Position numbers and translations under genes: made by a program. The notes under the pieces were generated by a model. That model did no database searches. It saw nothing but the letters and a program-made list of their open reading frames with translations, and had not been told where the DNA came from. A stretch of 64,000 bases of DNA from an uncultured Gemmatimonadales bacterium (lineage in GTDB: Bacteria > Gemmatimonadota > Gemmatimonadetes > Gemmatimonadales > GWC2-71-9), in the NCBI GenBank assembly GCA_965652025.1, contig CBFGTM010000007.1:19817-83816 (forward strand). The letters run 5' to 3'. Each line of letters starts with the position of its first letter. Within the stretch, counting starts at the first letter, position 1. Below are positions 34,696 to 43,776 of the stretch, piece by piece.

Positions 34696-37306
34696 GGCTG
34701 TCGTAGACTGGTTTGAGCCGGCCATGTGAGCGCGGCTCAGTCCACTCCCGCCACCGCCATGGCCGGAACCTTTCGGCGGACCACTCGCCGTCATCCCTCT
34801 CCGGCACAGTCCCCAGCACCGGGTGACGTGCCCCTTTCTGATAGAGCACCGCGCCAAAGTGGAAGTCCCCAGCCTTCACGGTCCCAAAGCTCCCTTCGGT
34901 TCTTGGGTCGAACAGGAGCGTGCGGGTAGAAGGATCGGTGACGTTGAGCAGGTCCCACGCCAGCCGAAGCTGCAGTAATCCCGCCTTTCTATCGAAATAC
35001 CAGTCGGAGAGAGTGGATTGCGCTTCCGTTCCGTGGAGCAGTCGGCCGCGGTCGTAACCCCGGGCCCCGTAGAAGGTCCCGTCTCGTCCAAAGCGAGCCC
35101 GATTGGTAATGATTGCCAGGCTGTCGAAGCGGCCGTCACCCCGATTCCGGGTAATCACTGGACGTCTCGAGAAACGCCCGAAGTCGTCTCCGCTAGCGGA
35201 GTCGAGGCGGGCGTCGTGCCGGTTGTAGTCGGGAATGACCCGGAGGGACGCCTCCCGGGTGCTCGACAAATCAACCAGAAACTCAAACCCGAGCCCGCTG
35301 CGAATCTGAGACCTAGGAAGCAGGTGTTGCCCGATCTCCGGCAGGTAGGTGTCGATGGCGATCTCGACACCGGCGCTATCCCACTCGATCCCCTCGGGAG
35401 AGAGCTCCATGGCCAGATATAGAAACGATTCGTCTGCTCCTGCCCGGATCGCTCTCAAGTTTCCCGGCTGCCCCCGTGCAGCAGTCTGAATCAGGGGCAG
35501 GGCGCGCCACCCCTCCGGATCTCCCCCGAGTCGAGGTCTTGTGGCGGCGGCGCCGGCATACTGACCCAGAATCCCGTAGTTCTGCTCGGCGTCCATGAGG
35601 TTGTGCCACAGCCGGGTGTTGTCCGATGGAATCTCGTAATCCATGACAGCCCAGTTCTTTTTGAACCACTCGTCGAGCCAGGCAAAGACAACCGATCCCG
35701 CCGCCCCAGCCCCCCGGATCTCCCGAGTCAGCCGCGCGTCGATGGCTGCCATGGCCCGCTCGTCATGCCCTCCATGGCTCCACCCTTGAGGATGGAGGTG
35801 GGCGATGCCCCGGCTGGAAGGCACTCCATACTCTGCGATGACGGTCGGCATGACTGCATGATGGGTCACCAGCTCTCGCAGGTAGCCGAAGTAGCTGGAG
35901 GGTCCTTCACTCGAGCGAGCCCGCCGGTAGCCGGGATCCAGGAGCATGAAATCCGGGTAGTACGGATAGGCGTGGTAACTCGCGAACCAACCGGCTGGGT
36001 TTGCCGGCGTGGGCTGGATCAAATTGGCATCCAGCCCAATTGCATCGTTCTCGTACTCTAGCCTCTGGTAGCGTGCTCGCCGGCCCGAACGCCGGCGCCA
36101 GACCGCCTCCTCGGCGGTGTTCGCCTCGGTGGGATGCCGTAAAGGGTCCAGCGTCGGCCAGTTGGTGTACGCAATCGGCCGGATGGCGTTGTAGCTGTCC
36201 ACTTCGTACCTGAGCATCAGATCACACTGCTGCGCCAGCCAGCGCTCCATTGCAGGCGCTCTTGCCGCCTTGAGGAATCTCCCACTGTAGGCGCCGGCTG
36301 GGTTCCGGCTGTCGTAGGCCTTCACCGCGAAGGGCTCCCACTCCCGGCCGAGGATGTACGCCAACACCCAGCGTGACACATCCGCGTCATACCGTCCCCC
36401 GGCGTGGCCTGGTCGCCCCAGGATCGTGACTGAACCGTGAACCAGATCGATCACTCTCCGCATCTCTGCCTGGAACTGTGACTTCCATCCGGGATCATCG
36501 AAGTCATGCCGGGGCGGCAGCTCGGTCCAGACTCCGTGAATCAGCCAGAGGGTGCGGTCCGGATGAGCAAGGTTCCAGGCCCGCAGCGCTCTATAGAATG
36601 AAGGGGGGAAAATGGTATAGAGTCGCAGCGTATTGGCGCTCATAGCCGCGAGGGTGTCGAGCCAGCCGGCATAGAGCGACGAATCGGTCGGGAACTCCGA
36701 TGGATAATGCCCTGGCAGAGCGACCCCGAGATTGACGCCCTTTATATAGAAGGCCCGCCATCCGGCTGGAGTGGAGATCTCGAAGCGCTGCCCCTGCGTG
36801 CGAGCTACGAGCTGCAGGTTCGCTGGACGCAGTCGCCGGTAGGGAGCGGCGCGCTCCCAGTCGCGCGAGATCCGGTTCAGGAAGCTGCGGAGATCCTGGT
36901 TGGCCGGCGCCAGTGCAATGGCCCGCCGGCCGGCCGAAACCGCACGGACGGTATCTCCCTTTCGAGCGCTGGCTCGGGCTCGCCCTTCCCACGCATCAGG
37001 GCTGGTGGAGTCCCGTTCCAGTACCAGCGTGAAGAGTGAGTCGGCATCCCGGACCAGCCCCTGACGTAACCGGGTGAAGCCCAACCCAGTTACCGCGTCC
37101 AGGTTGCGGGGGCACAATTGGTGGGCCAGGGTGAATTGCTCCACCGCTCGGGCGCTGGAGTCGGCCCGATACGCCCGCCACCCGCTCTTGAGGACCGAGT
37201 CAGCCGACGCTGGGCACTGGTGCTGGCCGACGAGCGGCTCCTGGGTCAGCAGCAGGGCGGCGAGCGCCCCGCCGGCCACTCTCCAGCCATATATGTTCAT
37301 GGGCAT
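34625..37306 (-). CDS. Secreted TPR protein with clan-A-like glycoside hydrolase domain (putative)
   Basis: Signal peptide from ATG 37306/37300 (MPMNIYGWRVAGGALAALLL) and N-terminal TPR. Then YIKGVNLGV...NTLRLYT, ILGREWEP and IAEYGVPSS, which resemble the NxxR, NEP-type acid/base and xEYG nucleophile contexts of (beta/alpha)8 glycosidases. Confidence 0.5.
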   Translation of the reverse strand: MPMNIYGWRVAGGALAALLLTQEPLVGQHQCPASADSVLKSGWRAYRADSSARAVEQFTLAHQLCPRNLDAVTGLGFTRLRQGLVRDADSLFTLVLERDSTSPDAWEGRARASARKGDTVRAVSAGRRAIALAPANQDLRSFLNRISRDWERAAPYRRLRPANLQLVARTQGQRFEISTPAGWRAFYIKGVNLGVALPGHYPSEFPTDSSLYAGWLDTLAAMSANTLRLYTIFPPSFYRALRAWNLAHPDRTLWLIHGVWTELPPRHDFDDPGWKSQFQAEMRRVIDLVHGSVTILGRPGHAGGRYDADVSRWVLAYILGREWEPFAVKAYDSRNPAGAYSGRFLKAARAPAMERWLAQQCDLMLRYEVDSYNAIRPIAYTNWPTLDPLRHPTEANTAEEAVWRRRSGRRARYQRLEYENDAIGLDANLIQPTPANPAGWFASYHAYPYYPDFMLLDPGYRRARSSEGPSSYFGYLRELVTHHAVMPTVIAEYGVPSSRGIAHLHPQGWSHGGHDERAMAAIDARLTREIRGAGAAGSVVFAWLDEWFKKNWAVMDYEIPSDNTRLWHNLMDAEQNYGILGQYAGAAATRPRLGGDPEGWRALPLIQTAARGQPGNLRAIRAGADESFLYLAMELSPEGIEWDSAGVEIAIDTYLPEIGQHLLPRSQIRSGLGFEFLVDLSSTREASLRVIPDYNRHDARLDSASGDDFGRFSRRPVITRNRGDGRFDSLAIITNRARFGRDGTFYGARGYDRGRLLHGTEAQSTLSDWYFDRKAGLLQLRLAWDLLNVTDPSTRTLLFDPRTEGSFGTVKAGDFHFGAVLYQKGARHPVLGTVPERDDGEWSAERFRPWRWREWTEPRSHGRLKPVYDSLRAVWQEALAEAPAPPERRAPSN

Positions 37307-37718
37307 GTCGCCGGAGCAATCTACCGAAGCCACCCGCACCCTGGGACGCTCACTCATCGACACCTTCGGACGGGGATGGTCGAGGGCTGATATCCCCCTA
37401 TTGATGTCGGTGTACGCGTCCGACGCGGTGTTCGTGGAGACTCCGTTCACCCCCGCTCTCCGGGGTGCCGATGCGATTCGGGGGTACTGGAATGAGGTAC
37501 CCTATAACCAATCCGAGATCACTTTCAGTTCGGGCGAGATCTATGCGGCCGGGCCTTGGTTCGGCACCGAGTTCAAGTGTGTCTTCCGCCGCCGCCGGAC
37601 CGGAGAATGGGTGGAGGCTCGCGGGGCCATATTCTGTGAGACCGAGGCCGATCGCATTACGGAAATGCGGATGTACTGGCATCGCTGGAACGGAGGAACC
37701 GAGACCAGCAAGCCCTGA
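37293..37718 (+). CDS. SnoaL/NTF2-like fold protein
   Basis: ...LIDTFGRGWSRADIPLLMSVYASDAVFVE...IRGYW...TEMRMYWH is typical of SnoaL-like domains. In-frame ATGs at 37293, 37299 and 37305; the track's longer form overlaps the divergent gene. Confidence 0.6.
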   Translation: MFMGMSPEQSTEATRTLGRSLIDTFGRGWSRADIPLLMSVYASDAVFVETPFTPALRGADAIRGYWNEVPYNQSEITFSSGEIYAAGPWFGTEFKCVFRRRRTGEWVEARGAIFCETEADRITEMRMYWHRWNGGTETSKP

Positions 37719-37916
37719 CCTGACAACTGTCCGCGCCCGGCCGCAAATGCCTGAAAACAGGACGTTTGAGGCCCGCTCTCCGGATCTAAGTAGTTAACTT
37801 CCAATACTATAGGCAGTGGCACGCGGTTCGCAGCAGGTTTCGCCGATGTCCGACTCTGTATCTGCGTTCCCCGTCGTCAGTTCCACGTCCGACCCAAGGT
37901 CGTTTCGGGGGGTGCC

Positions 37917-39317
37917 ATGATTTCCGCGCTGCTCCTTCCATTGCTCCTTGGCGGTAAGCCGGTCCCGGCTGCCGCCGTGGTTTCCGTTCAGGAGCCTCCC
38001 ATCCAACTCTGGATCAGTAACGATCGGCGTTTTCTGCCCGGTGATCGCGCCACGGTTCAGGTGCGAACCGAGAACGATGGCTATCTCCTGGTTCTCCACG
38101 TGGACCCGGAGGGCTACCTCCGGGTGTTGTTCCCGATGGATCCCGACAAGGACAACTTCATCCGCGGCGGCAAGAAGTATGAGGTTCGCAGTCGGGGTGA
38201 TCGTGAAGCCTTCGAAACCGATGCCAAGGGACAGGGGACGGTGTATGCAGCGGTGTCTCGCCAGCCTTTCCAGTATGAAACCTTCGTGGCGGGCGATCAC
38301 TGGGACTATCGCACGCTCGCGCCATCCCGGCTTTCCAACAATCCGGAGTCGGAGCTCAACGAGCTGGTCCGTCGCATGGCAGGGGGAGACTTCGACTACG
38401 ACATCCTGAGCTATGATGTTGTAGAGCACACTGCCTACGCCTCGGACTACTATCCCCGTTCTTACGGCGCGTACTACAGCGACCCCTGGTGCTATAGCTG
38501 CGGCCACTACTACGGCTCACTCGGTTTCACGATCTTCTTTGGGCGGCCGTATCGGAGCTACTACTACGACCCCTATTACTACGCCTACTCCCCGTTCTAT
38601 AACCCCTTCTTCTACGATCCCTACTACTACGCACCGGCCTACTATCCCCGGTACATCTACCCGTGGCGCTACTACCACCCCTATTCGAATTATCCCTATT
38701 ATGGAGGCGGCGGGTACTACGGATATCGGAATCGTTTCTACGGCCAGACATTCACGCCGTATCGTGAACGGCGCTACGATCTCCGTCGGGCTGTGAATAC
38801 CGTCTATCACCCACCGTTGTCGCCGTCACGCCAGCCGGCCACCGCCACCCGGGCACGGCGGGTGATTGACGCACCGGGAGAGCAGCTGCCTGATCGCGCA
38901 GCCCCGCGGCGCCTGAGTGACAATGGCCGCATGGTGCAGGGAAGGACAGTGGAGGCCCGGCGCTCCCGGCCTGAGGGGCGCGGCCCGGAACGGTCAGCAG
39001 GGGAGCCCCGGCTTATCCGGCGGGAGGTCGAGGCCCGAGGCAGAAGTAATGAAGGCCGCGGCGATCCACGGTCGGAGGAGCGTCGGGCGCGGCCGGAGGA
39101 ACGTCGCGCCGAGCCACGGGGTGAGCGCCCCAGTGAAGCTCGGCGGGTAACCGAAAGGGCACCGGCAGCCGAGCGCCGGCCGTCTCAGGCCCGTCCTCCG
39201 CGTAGCGAAGCCCCCAACCGCGGTGGTGGACGCGCCGAGAGTCGCAGCTCAGGTGGTGGGTCGAGGGAGGGTGGCGGCTCGCGCCACTCAAATGACGGAG
39301 GGCGGCGGCACCGGTAG
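37917..39317 (+). CDS. Secreted DUF4384-like protein with Tyr/Pro-rich and Arg/Glu-rich low-complexity regions
   Basis: Signal MISALLLPLLLGG and DUF4384-like DGYLLVLHVDPEGYLRVLFP. Tyr-rich block about 38439-38787 (YYDPYYYAYSPFYNPFFYDPYYYAPAYYPRYIYPWRYYHPYSNYPYYGGGGYYGY). RE/RG-rich tail to the stop. Confidence 0.65.
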   Translation: MISALLLPLLLGGKPVPAAAVVSVQEPPIQLWISNDRRFLPGDRATVQVRTENDGYLLVLHVDPEGYLRVLFPMDPDKDNFIRGGKKYEVRSRGDREAFETDAKGQGTVYAAVSRQPFQYETFVAGDHWDYRTLAPSRLSNNPESELNELVRRMAGGDFDYDILSYDVVEHTAYASDYYPRSYGAYYSDPWCYSCGHYYGSLGFTIFFGRPYRSYYYDPYYYAYSPFYNPFFYDPYYYAPAYYPRYIYPWRYYHPYSNYPYYGGGGYYGYRNRFYGQTFTPYRERRYDLRRAVNTVYHPPLSPSRQPATATRARRVIDAPGEQLPDRAAPRRLSDNGRMVQGRTVEARRSRPEGRGPERSAGEPRLIRREVEARGRSNEGRGDPRSEERRARPEERRAEPRGERPSEARRVTERAPAAERRPSQARPPRSEAPNRGGGRAESRSSGGGSREGGGSRHSNDGGRRHR

Positions 39318-41354
39318 CTACCAGATCTGGGCCCGCTCGCTCTCCGGCCGAACCATCGGGTTTCCCGGCTTGCAGTTAAACGCTTCGGCGAAGGCGGGAA
39401 TGTTCGACAGTGGTCCGATAGTTCGGAACTGCGGGGGGGCGTGTGGGTCCACGGTCACCAGTAGCCGGGTGAATTCGGGGCGCGACTTTGCCCGCCAGAT
39501 CTGAGCCCAGGCCAGGAAAAAGCGCTGGGGGCCGGTGAACCCGTCGATCGGGGCCGGCTGTGGCTTTCCCTCCAGCGAACGGCGGTAGGCGCCATAGGCA
39601 ATCAGCAGCCCTCCCAGGTCCGCGATGTTCTCTCCCAGGGTCAGCTTGCCATTCACGTGCAGGGAGTCGATGGCGACATAGCCATCGAACTGCTTCTCCA
39701 CTACCTCCGCCCTTCGGTCGAACTCCTTGCTGTCAGCCTCCGTCCACCACCCGCTCAGATTGCCGAAGGCGTCGAACTGCCGTCCCTGATCATCGAAGCC
39801 GTGGGTGATCTCATGCCCGATCACAGCGCCCATTCCGCCATAGTTGACCGCATCGTCCGCCCGGGGATCGAAGAAAGGCGGCTGCATGATGCCGGCAGGG
39901 AAGGTGATCTCGTTGGTAGGAGGGTTGTAGTACGCGTTCACCGTGGGGGGCGTCATCCTCCACTCGGAACGATCGGTCGGCCGCCCGATCTTGCCGAAGT
40001 CTCGCTGAGAGGCGAAGGCGGATGAGCGCAGGACGTTGGTGACGAACGGCCCCGGCCTGGCCTCCAGCTTGGTGTAGTCCCGCCACTTATCGGGATAGCC
40101 GATCTTGTTGATGATCGAATCCAGCTTGGCGTAGGCTTTGGTCTTGGTCTCGTCGCTCATCCAATCGAGCGTGCCCAGCCTGGCCCGGAGCTCCGCTCGG
40201 ATATGGCGCACCATCTCCAGCGCCCGGGTCTTTGCCTCAGGGGTGAAGTTCTTCCTGACGTAGGCCTGCCCCAAGATTTCGCCCACCGCGTTATCCGTCA
40301 GCGTCAGGCAGCGCTTCCATCGGGGCCGCATCTCCTTAACTCCCTGGAGGACGGTCGAGTTGAAGCGGAAGCGTTCGTTCACCAGCTCGGAGCTGAGAGC
40401 GGGCGCCAGATTGGCAATGAGATTCCAGCGGAGGTACGCCTTCCAACTTTCCACTGGCAGTGCCGTGAGGAGGGAATCGTAGGCTCCCATGAATTGGGGC
40501 TGGGCGACGTTGACCTCCTCCACTCCGCTCAGGCCGAGGCTGCGGAAATAGTCTCCCCAGGTGAAATGAGGTGTGGTGCGCTGCAGCTCGGCGACGCTCA
40601 TCAGATGATAGATGGCCTCGGGATCGCGCTGGGCTTCCCGGGTCATGGAGGCCTGTGCCAGTGCGGTTTCCAGCTGGAGGATGGACTTGGCGGCGGGGCT
40701 GGCCCGGTTTTCCTGCAGCCCCGAAAGCTGGAGCATTCGTTGCACGTGGTAGGCATACTCGGTACGGATTTTTTGTGCTGCCGAATCGGTCTTCAGGTAG
40801 TAATGCCGATCCGGCAGTCCCAGGCCACCCTGGTACGCCTCAGCGATGGTTCGGCTGCTCTTCTTGGCGTCGGTATTCGAGCGGAACTGAAAGCCCGCTG
40901 GAATCCCGCGACTATGCAGCTCTGCCACCACGGATTCGATCCCGGGGCGATCCCGGATCGCGTCGATGCGGTCGATCTGCGGGCGAAGCGGTTTGATGCC
41001 CGCGGCCTCGACCGCAGCCGAATTCATACACGTACCGTAGAAAATCCCCAGCTTTCGCAGATTGGAGTCTTTGGTGGTCGAGGCGTTTTTGGCGGCTTCG
41101 GTGAGAACTCCGCGTAGGGCCGCGTAATTCTGTTCCTGCAGCTCGTTGAAGCTGCCCCAGCGAGGCTGATCACCCGGAATGGAGTTCCGCTTGATCCACC
41201 CTCCGTTGGCAAACCGGTAGAAGTCCTGACAGGGCGCGCAAGTTGTGTCGAGGTTGGCCCGCTCCAGCGGCCGGGCCTGAATCTGAGCGGAAGTGGTGTT
41301 GGGGGCGATCACGCAGGCAAGGGCAACTACAGCCTGACATTTCAAGCTATGCAT
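39318..41354 (-). CDS. M13-family zinc metallopeptidase (neprilysin/PepO-like)
   Basis: VIGHEITHGFD (HExxH), GENIADLGG (ExxxD), C-terminal ...CKPGNPMVRPESERAQIW. Signal peptide from ATG 41354 (MHSLKCQAVVALACVIA). Confidence 0.9.
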   Translation of the reverse strand: MHSLKCQAVVALACVIAPNTTSAQIQARPLERANLDTTCAPCQDFYRFANGGWIKRNSIPGDQPRWGSFNELQEQNYAALRGVLTEAAKNASTTKDSNLRKLGIFYGTCMNSAAVEAAGIKPLRPQIDRIDAIRDRPGIESVVAELHSRGIPAGFQFRSNTDAKKSSRTIAEAYQGGLGLPDRHYYLKTDSAAQKIRTEYAYHVQRMLQLSGLQENRASPAAKSILQLETALAQASMTREAQRDPEAIYHLMSVAELQRTTPHFTWGDYFRSLGLSGVEEVNVAQPQFMGAYDSLLTALPVESWKAYLRWNLIANLAPALSSELVNERFRFNSTVLQGVKEMRPRWKRCLTLTDNAVGEILGQAYVRKNFTPEAKTRALEMVRHIRAELRARLGTLDWMSDETKTKAYAKLDSIINKIGYPDKWRDYTKLEARPGPFVTNVLRSSAFASQRDFGKIGRPTDRSEWRMTPPTVNAYYNPPTNEITFPAGIMQPPFFDPRADDAVNYGGMGAVIGHEITHGFDDQGRQFDAFGNLSGWWTEADSKEFDRRAEVVEKQFDGYVAIDSLHVNGKLTLGENIADLGGLLIAYGAYRRSLEGKPQPAPIDGFTGPQRFFLAWAQIWRAKSRPEFTRLLVTVDPHAPPQFRTIGPLSNIPAFAEAFNCKPGNPMVRPESERAQIW

Positions 41355-41383
41355 TGCGGCTCCAGAGGGTGGGATACCTGGAT

Positions 41384-41860
41384 CTACGGCTCTGAGTGGG
41401 GCTGGTTTCGGCGAACGTAATCCAGGCCCCACTCCATCATCTCGGCACTGCGCAGCCCAACTCGCATGGCCTGATCGATCGCGTCCGGCTCATCCAGCTT
41501 CCGGTCCAGCATGAAATACGGTATGAGAGCCCCACCGACCCGGTTGCCACTGCCACAGTGCACAAACACGGTGCGGTCCCCCGCCGAACGCAGGACCAAC
41601 AGAATCCGGGTCAGGGTAGCGTCATCGAGCGCTCCGGCGCGAACCGGGATGTTCACGTATTCCATGCCTAGAGATTGTACCACTGCTGGTTCATCCACCG
41701 CCCTCGGTTCCATGGGGTCGCGAAGGTCGAGCACGATGCCGCCCCCGGCCTCTCTGAGGGCCCGGAGCTGCTCCGCATTGGGTTGCCCTCCTGTGACCAG
41801 TTGAGGAAAGACCTCGCACGCATTGGCCACACCGCTGAGAGCTTGGAGTGCTATGGACAT
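41384..41860 (-). CDS. DUF442 / PTP-like phosphatase-fold protein
   Basis: 158 aa. P-loop-like VFVHCGSGNRVG in the position typical of TIGR01244/DUF442 proteins. Confidence 0.6.
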   Translation of the reverse strand: MSIALQALSGVANACEVFPQLVTGGQPNAEQLRALREAGGGIVLDLRDPMEPRAVDEPAVVQSLGMEYVNIPVRAGALDDATLTRILLVLRSAGDRTVFVHCGSGNRVGGALIPYFMLDRKLDEPDAIDQAMRVGLRSAEMMEWGLDYVRRNQPHSEP

Positions 41861-41915
41861 GTCCTTTACCGGCCTCCTCTTGGTTTGAAACTAAGCCACC
41901 TCTTACCTTTAAGAT

Positions 41916-43745
41916 GTGCTCCGTCTTGCGATAGCCCAGGTACGGCCTCAAAAAGGGGCGTACGAGCAGAACCTCTGCCGGATAGGGGCCCTCCTCCGGG
42001 AGGTGGGCGGCTGGCCTGACCCACCCGAGCTGGTGATAGCACCGGAGACCGCGCTCACCGGTTACTTCCTGGAAGGTGGAGTACGGGAACTCGCGGTCTC
42101 CGCCGATCAACTGTTCGATGACCTGAGCCGGCAGCATGAAGAAGCAGGCATCAGTCCCCTCGATATCGCGCTCGGGTTCTACGAGGTCCACGGCAACCGG
42201 CTCTATAACTCCGGCCTGTATGCTACCCTCGGTGGGTCCGAGGCTGGGATCCGCCACATCCATCGCAAGATCTTTCTTCCAACCTACGGCGTGTTCGATG
42301 AGGAGCGATTCGTGGAGGCCGGGCGCAGCGTGCAGGCGTTCGACACCCGCTGGGGCCGAGCAGCCATTTTGATTTGCGAGGACGCCTGGCACTCGTTCAC
42401 GCCGATGCTGGCTGCGCTGGATGGAGCACAGGTCATTATCGTGCCCAGCGCCAGCCCGGCCCGGGGCGTCATCACCAGTGACGATACGGCTGGCCGGCCG
42501 GTTAGTCTGGCCCGCTGGAGCCGTCTAGCGCAGGACATAGCCGGGGAGCATGGGGTCTATGTTGCCCTCGCCCAGCTGGTTGGCTTCGAGGGTGGCAAAG
42601 CATTTCCGGGTGGCTCGATCCTGGCCGGCCCCCGCGGTGACCTGTTGGCACAGGCACCGGTCTTCCAAGAGGCGATCATCCCGGCGGTGCTGGACTTCGA
42701 GGAGATCACCCGGGCCCGGACCGACCTCCCTCTCCTGGCCGATCTCGAGATGCGACTGCCCCATCTGCTCGGGTCACTGCACGCGGCACGTAAGGAGAAA
42801 GGAAGCGGGGAAGCGGGCAAGCGGGGAAGCAAGTCCAGCGAGACCAAACCGGATGGTCGGACATCTCAACGTCCCAGCGTCCCCGCCTCCCCTCTTCCGC
42901 CCTTACCCGCCCGCTTCCACCCCCGGCAGGATCCGCTGGCCATCGATCCCGAGCTGACCCGGCGCTGGCTGGTCGAGTTCATCCGCGATGAGGTGCAGCG
43001 TCGCCGCAAGTTTGAACGAGTGATCATCGGGCTCTCCGGCGGAGTGGACAGCTCCCTGGTGGCCTATCTCGCCGCGGAGGCCCTCGGTCCGGCAAATGTG
43101 CTTGGAGTGCGAATGCCCTACCGCAGCTCGAGCCAGGAAAGTTTAGAACACGCTCAACTGGTCATCGAGGCACTGGGCATCCAGAGCCGCACCATTGACA
43201 TCAGCCTATCGGTGGACGCGCTGGCCGGTGCGATTGGTGGCGAGGTCGATCCGGCCCGTCTGGGCAACATCATGGCCCGTACCCGGATGATTACCCTCTT
43301 CGATCTGTCGGCCGCGTTCCGGGCCCTGCCGCTGGGGACCGGGAACAAGACCGAGCGGCTGTTCGGGTATTTCACCTGGCATGCGGACGATTCGCCGCCG
43401 GTCAATCCGATCGGTGATCTCTTCAAGACCCAGGTGTGGGCTCTGTCGCGGCAGGTGGGGGTACCCGAGGTCATTGTGTCCAAGCCGGCCAGCGCCGATC
43501 TCATCAAGGGCCAAACCGACGAGGGTGACTTCGGCATCTCCTATCCCCGCGCCGATGCCATCCTGCACTGGATTCTGCTGGGTTACAAAGCTCCCGAAAT
43601 CATGGCGCTCGGCTTCGAGGAGGCGGAAATCCGTCTGGTGCGCCAGCGCCTCGACTCGACTCACTGGAAGCGCCGGCTGCCCACGGTCGCCATGCTGAGT
43701 GGAACGGCGATCGGCGAATACTATCTGAGGCCGGTGGATTATTAG
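41916..43745 (+). CDS. nadE: Glutamine-dependent NAD+ synthetase (CN-hydrolase domain + NAD synthetase domain)
   Basis: N-terminal nitrilase-type domain (LVIAPETALTGY, ILICEDAWH), C-terminal PP-loop IGLSGGVDSS. GTG start. The interdomain linker carries the repeat insertion at 42790-42924. Confidence 0.9.
   Translation: MLRLAIAQVRPQKGAYEQNLCRIGALLREVGGWPDPPELVIAPETALTGYFLEGGVRELAVSADQLFDDLSRQHEEAGISPLDIALGFYEVHGNRLYNSGLYATLGGSEAGIRHIHRKIFLPTYGVFDEERFVEAGRSVQAFDTRWGRAAILICEDAWHSFTPMLAALDGAQVIIVPSASPARGVITSDDTAGRPVSLARWSRLAQDIAGEHGVYVALAQLVGFEGGKAFPGGSILAGPRGDLLAQAPVFQEAIIPAVLDFEEITRARTDLPLLADLEMRLPHLLGSLHAARKEKGSGEAGKRGSKSSETKPDGRTSQRPSVPASPLPPLPARFHPRQDPLAIDPELTRRWLVEFIRDEVQRRRKFERVIIGLSGGVDSSLVAYLAAEALGPANVLGVRMPYRSSSQESLEHAQLVIEALGIQSRTIDISLSVDALAGAIGGEVDPARLGNIMARTRMITLFDLSAAFRALPLGTGNKTERLFGYFTWHADDSPPVNPIGDLFKTQVWALSRQVGVPEVIVSKPASADLIKGQTDEGDFGISYPRADAILHWILLGYKAPEIMALGFEEAEIRLVRQRLDSTHWKRRLPTVAMLSGTAIGEYYLRPVDY
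42790..42924. repeat. Inverted pair of G(G/T)AAGCG arrays inside nadE (left arm 42790-42833, right arm 42884-42924)
   Basis: Left arm: gtaagga gaaa ggaagcg gggaagcg ggcaagcg gggaagca ag. Reverse complement of the right arm: gggggtggaagcgggcgggtaagggcggaagaggggaggcg. 50-nt spacer. Confidence 0.8.
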
Positions 43746-43776
43746 CAAATCTCCGGCCTCTCCGCCCTCCCGCCCC

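Noticed and set aside
40203-41117. 304-aa plus-strand ORF
   Set aside because: Antisense to the M13 peptidase (HExxH, ExxxD).
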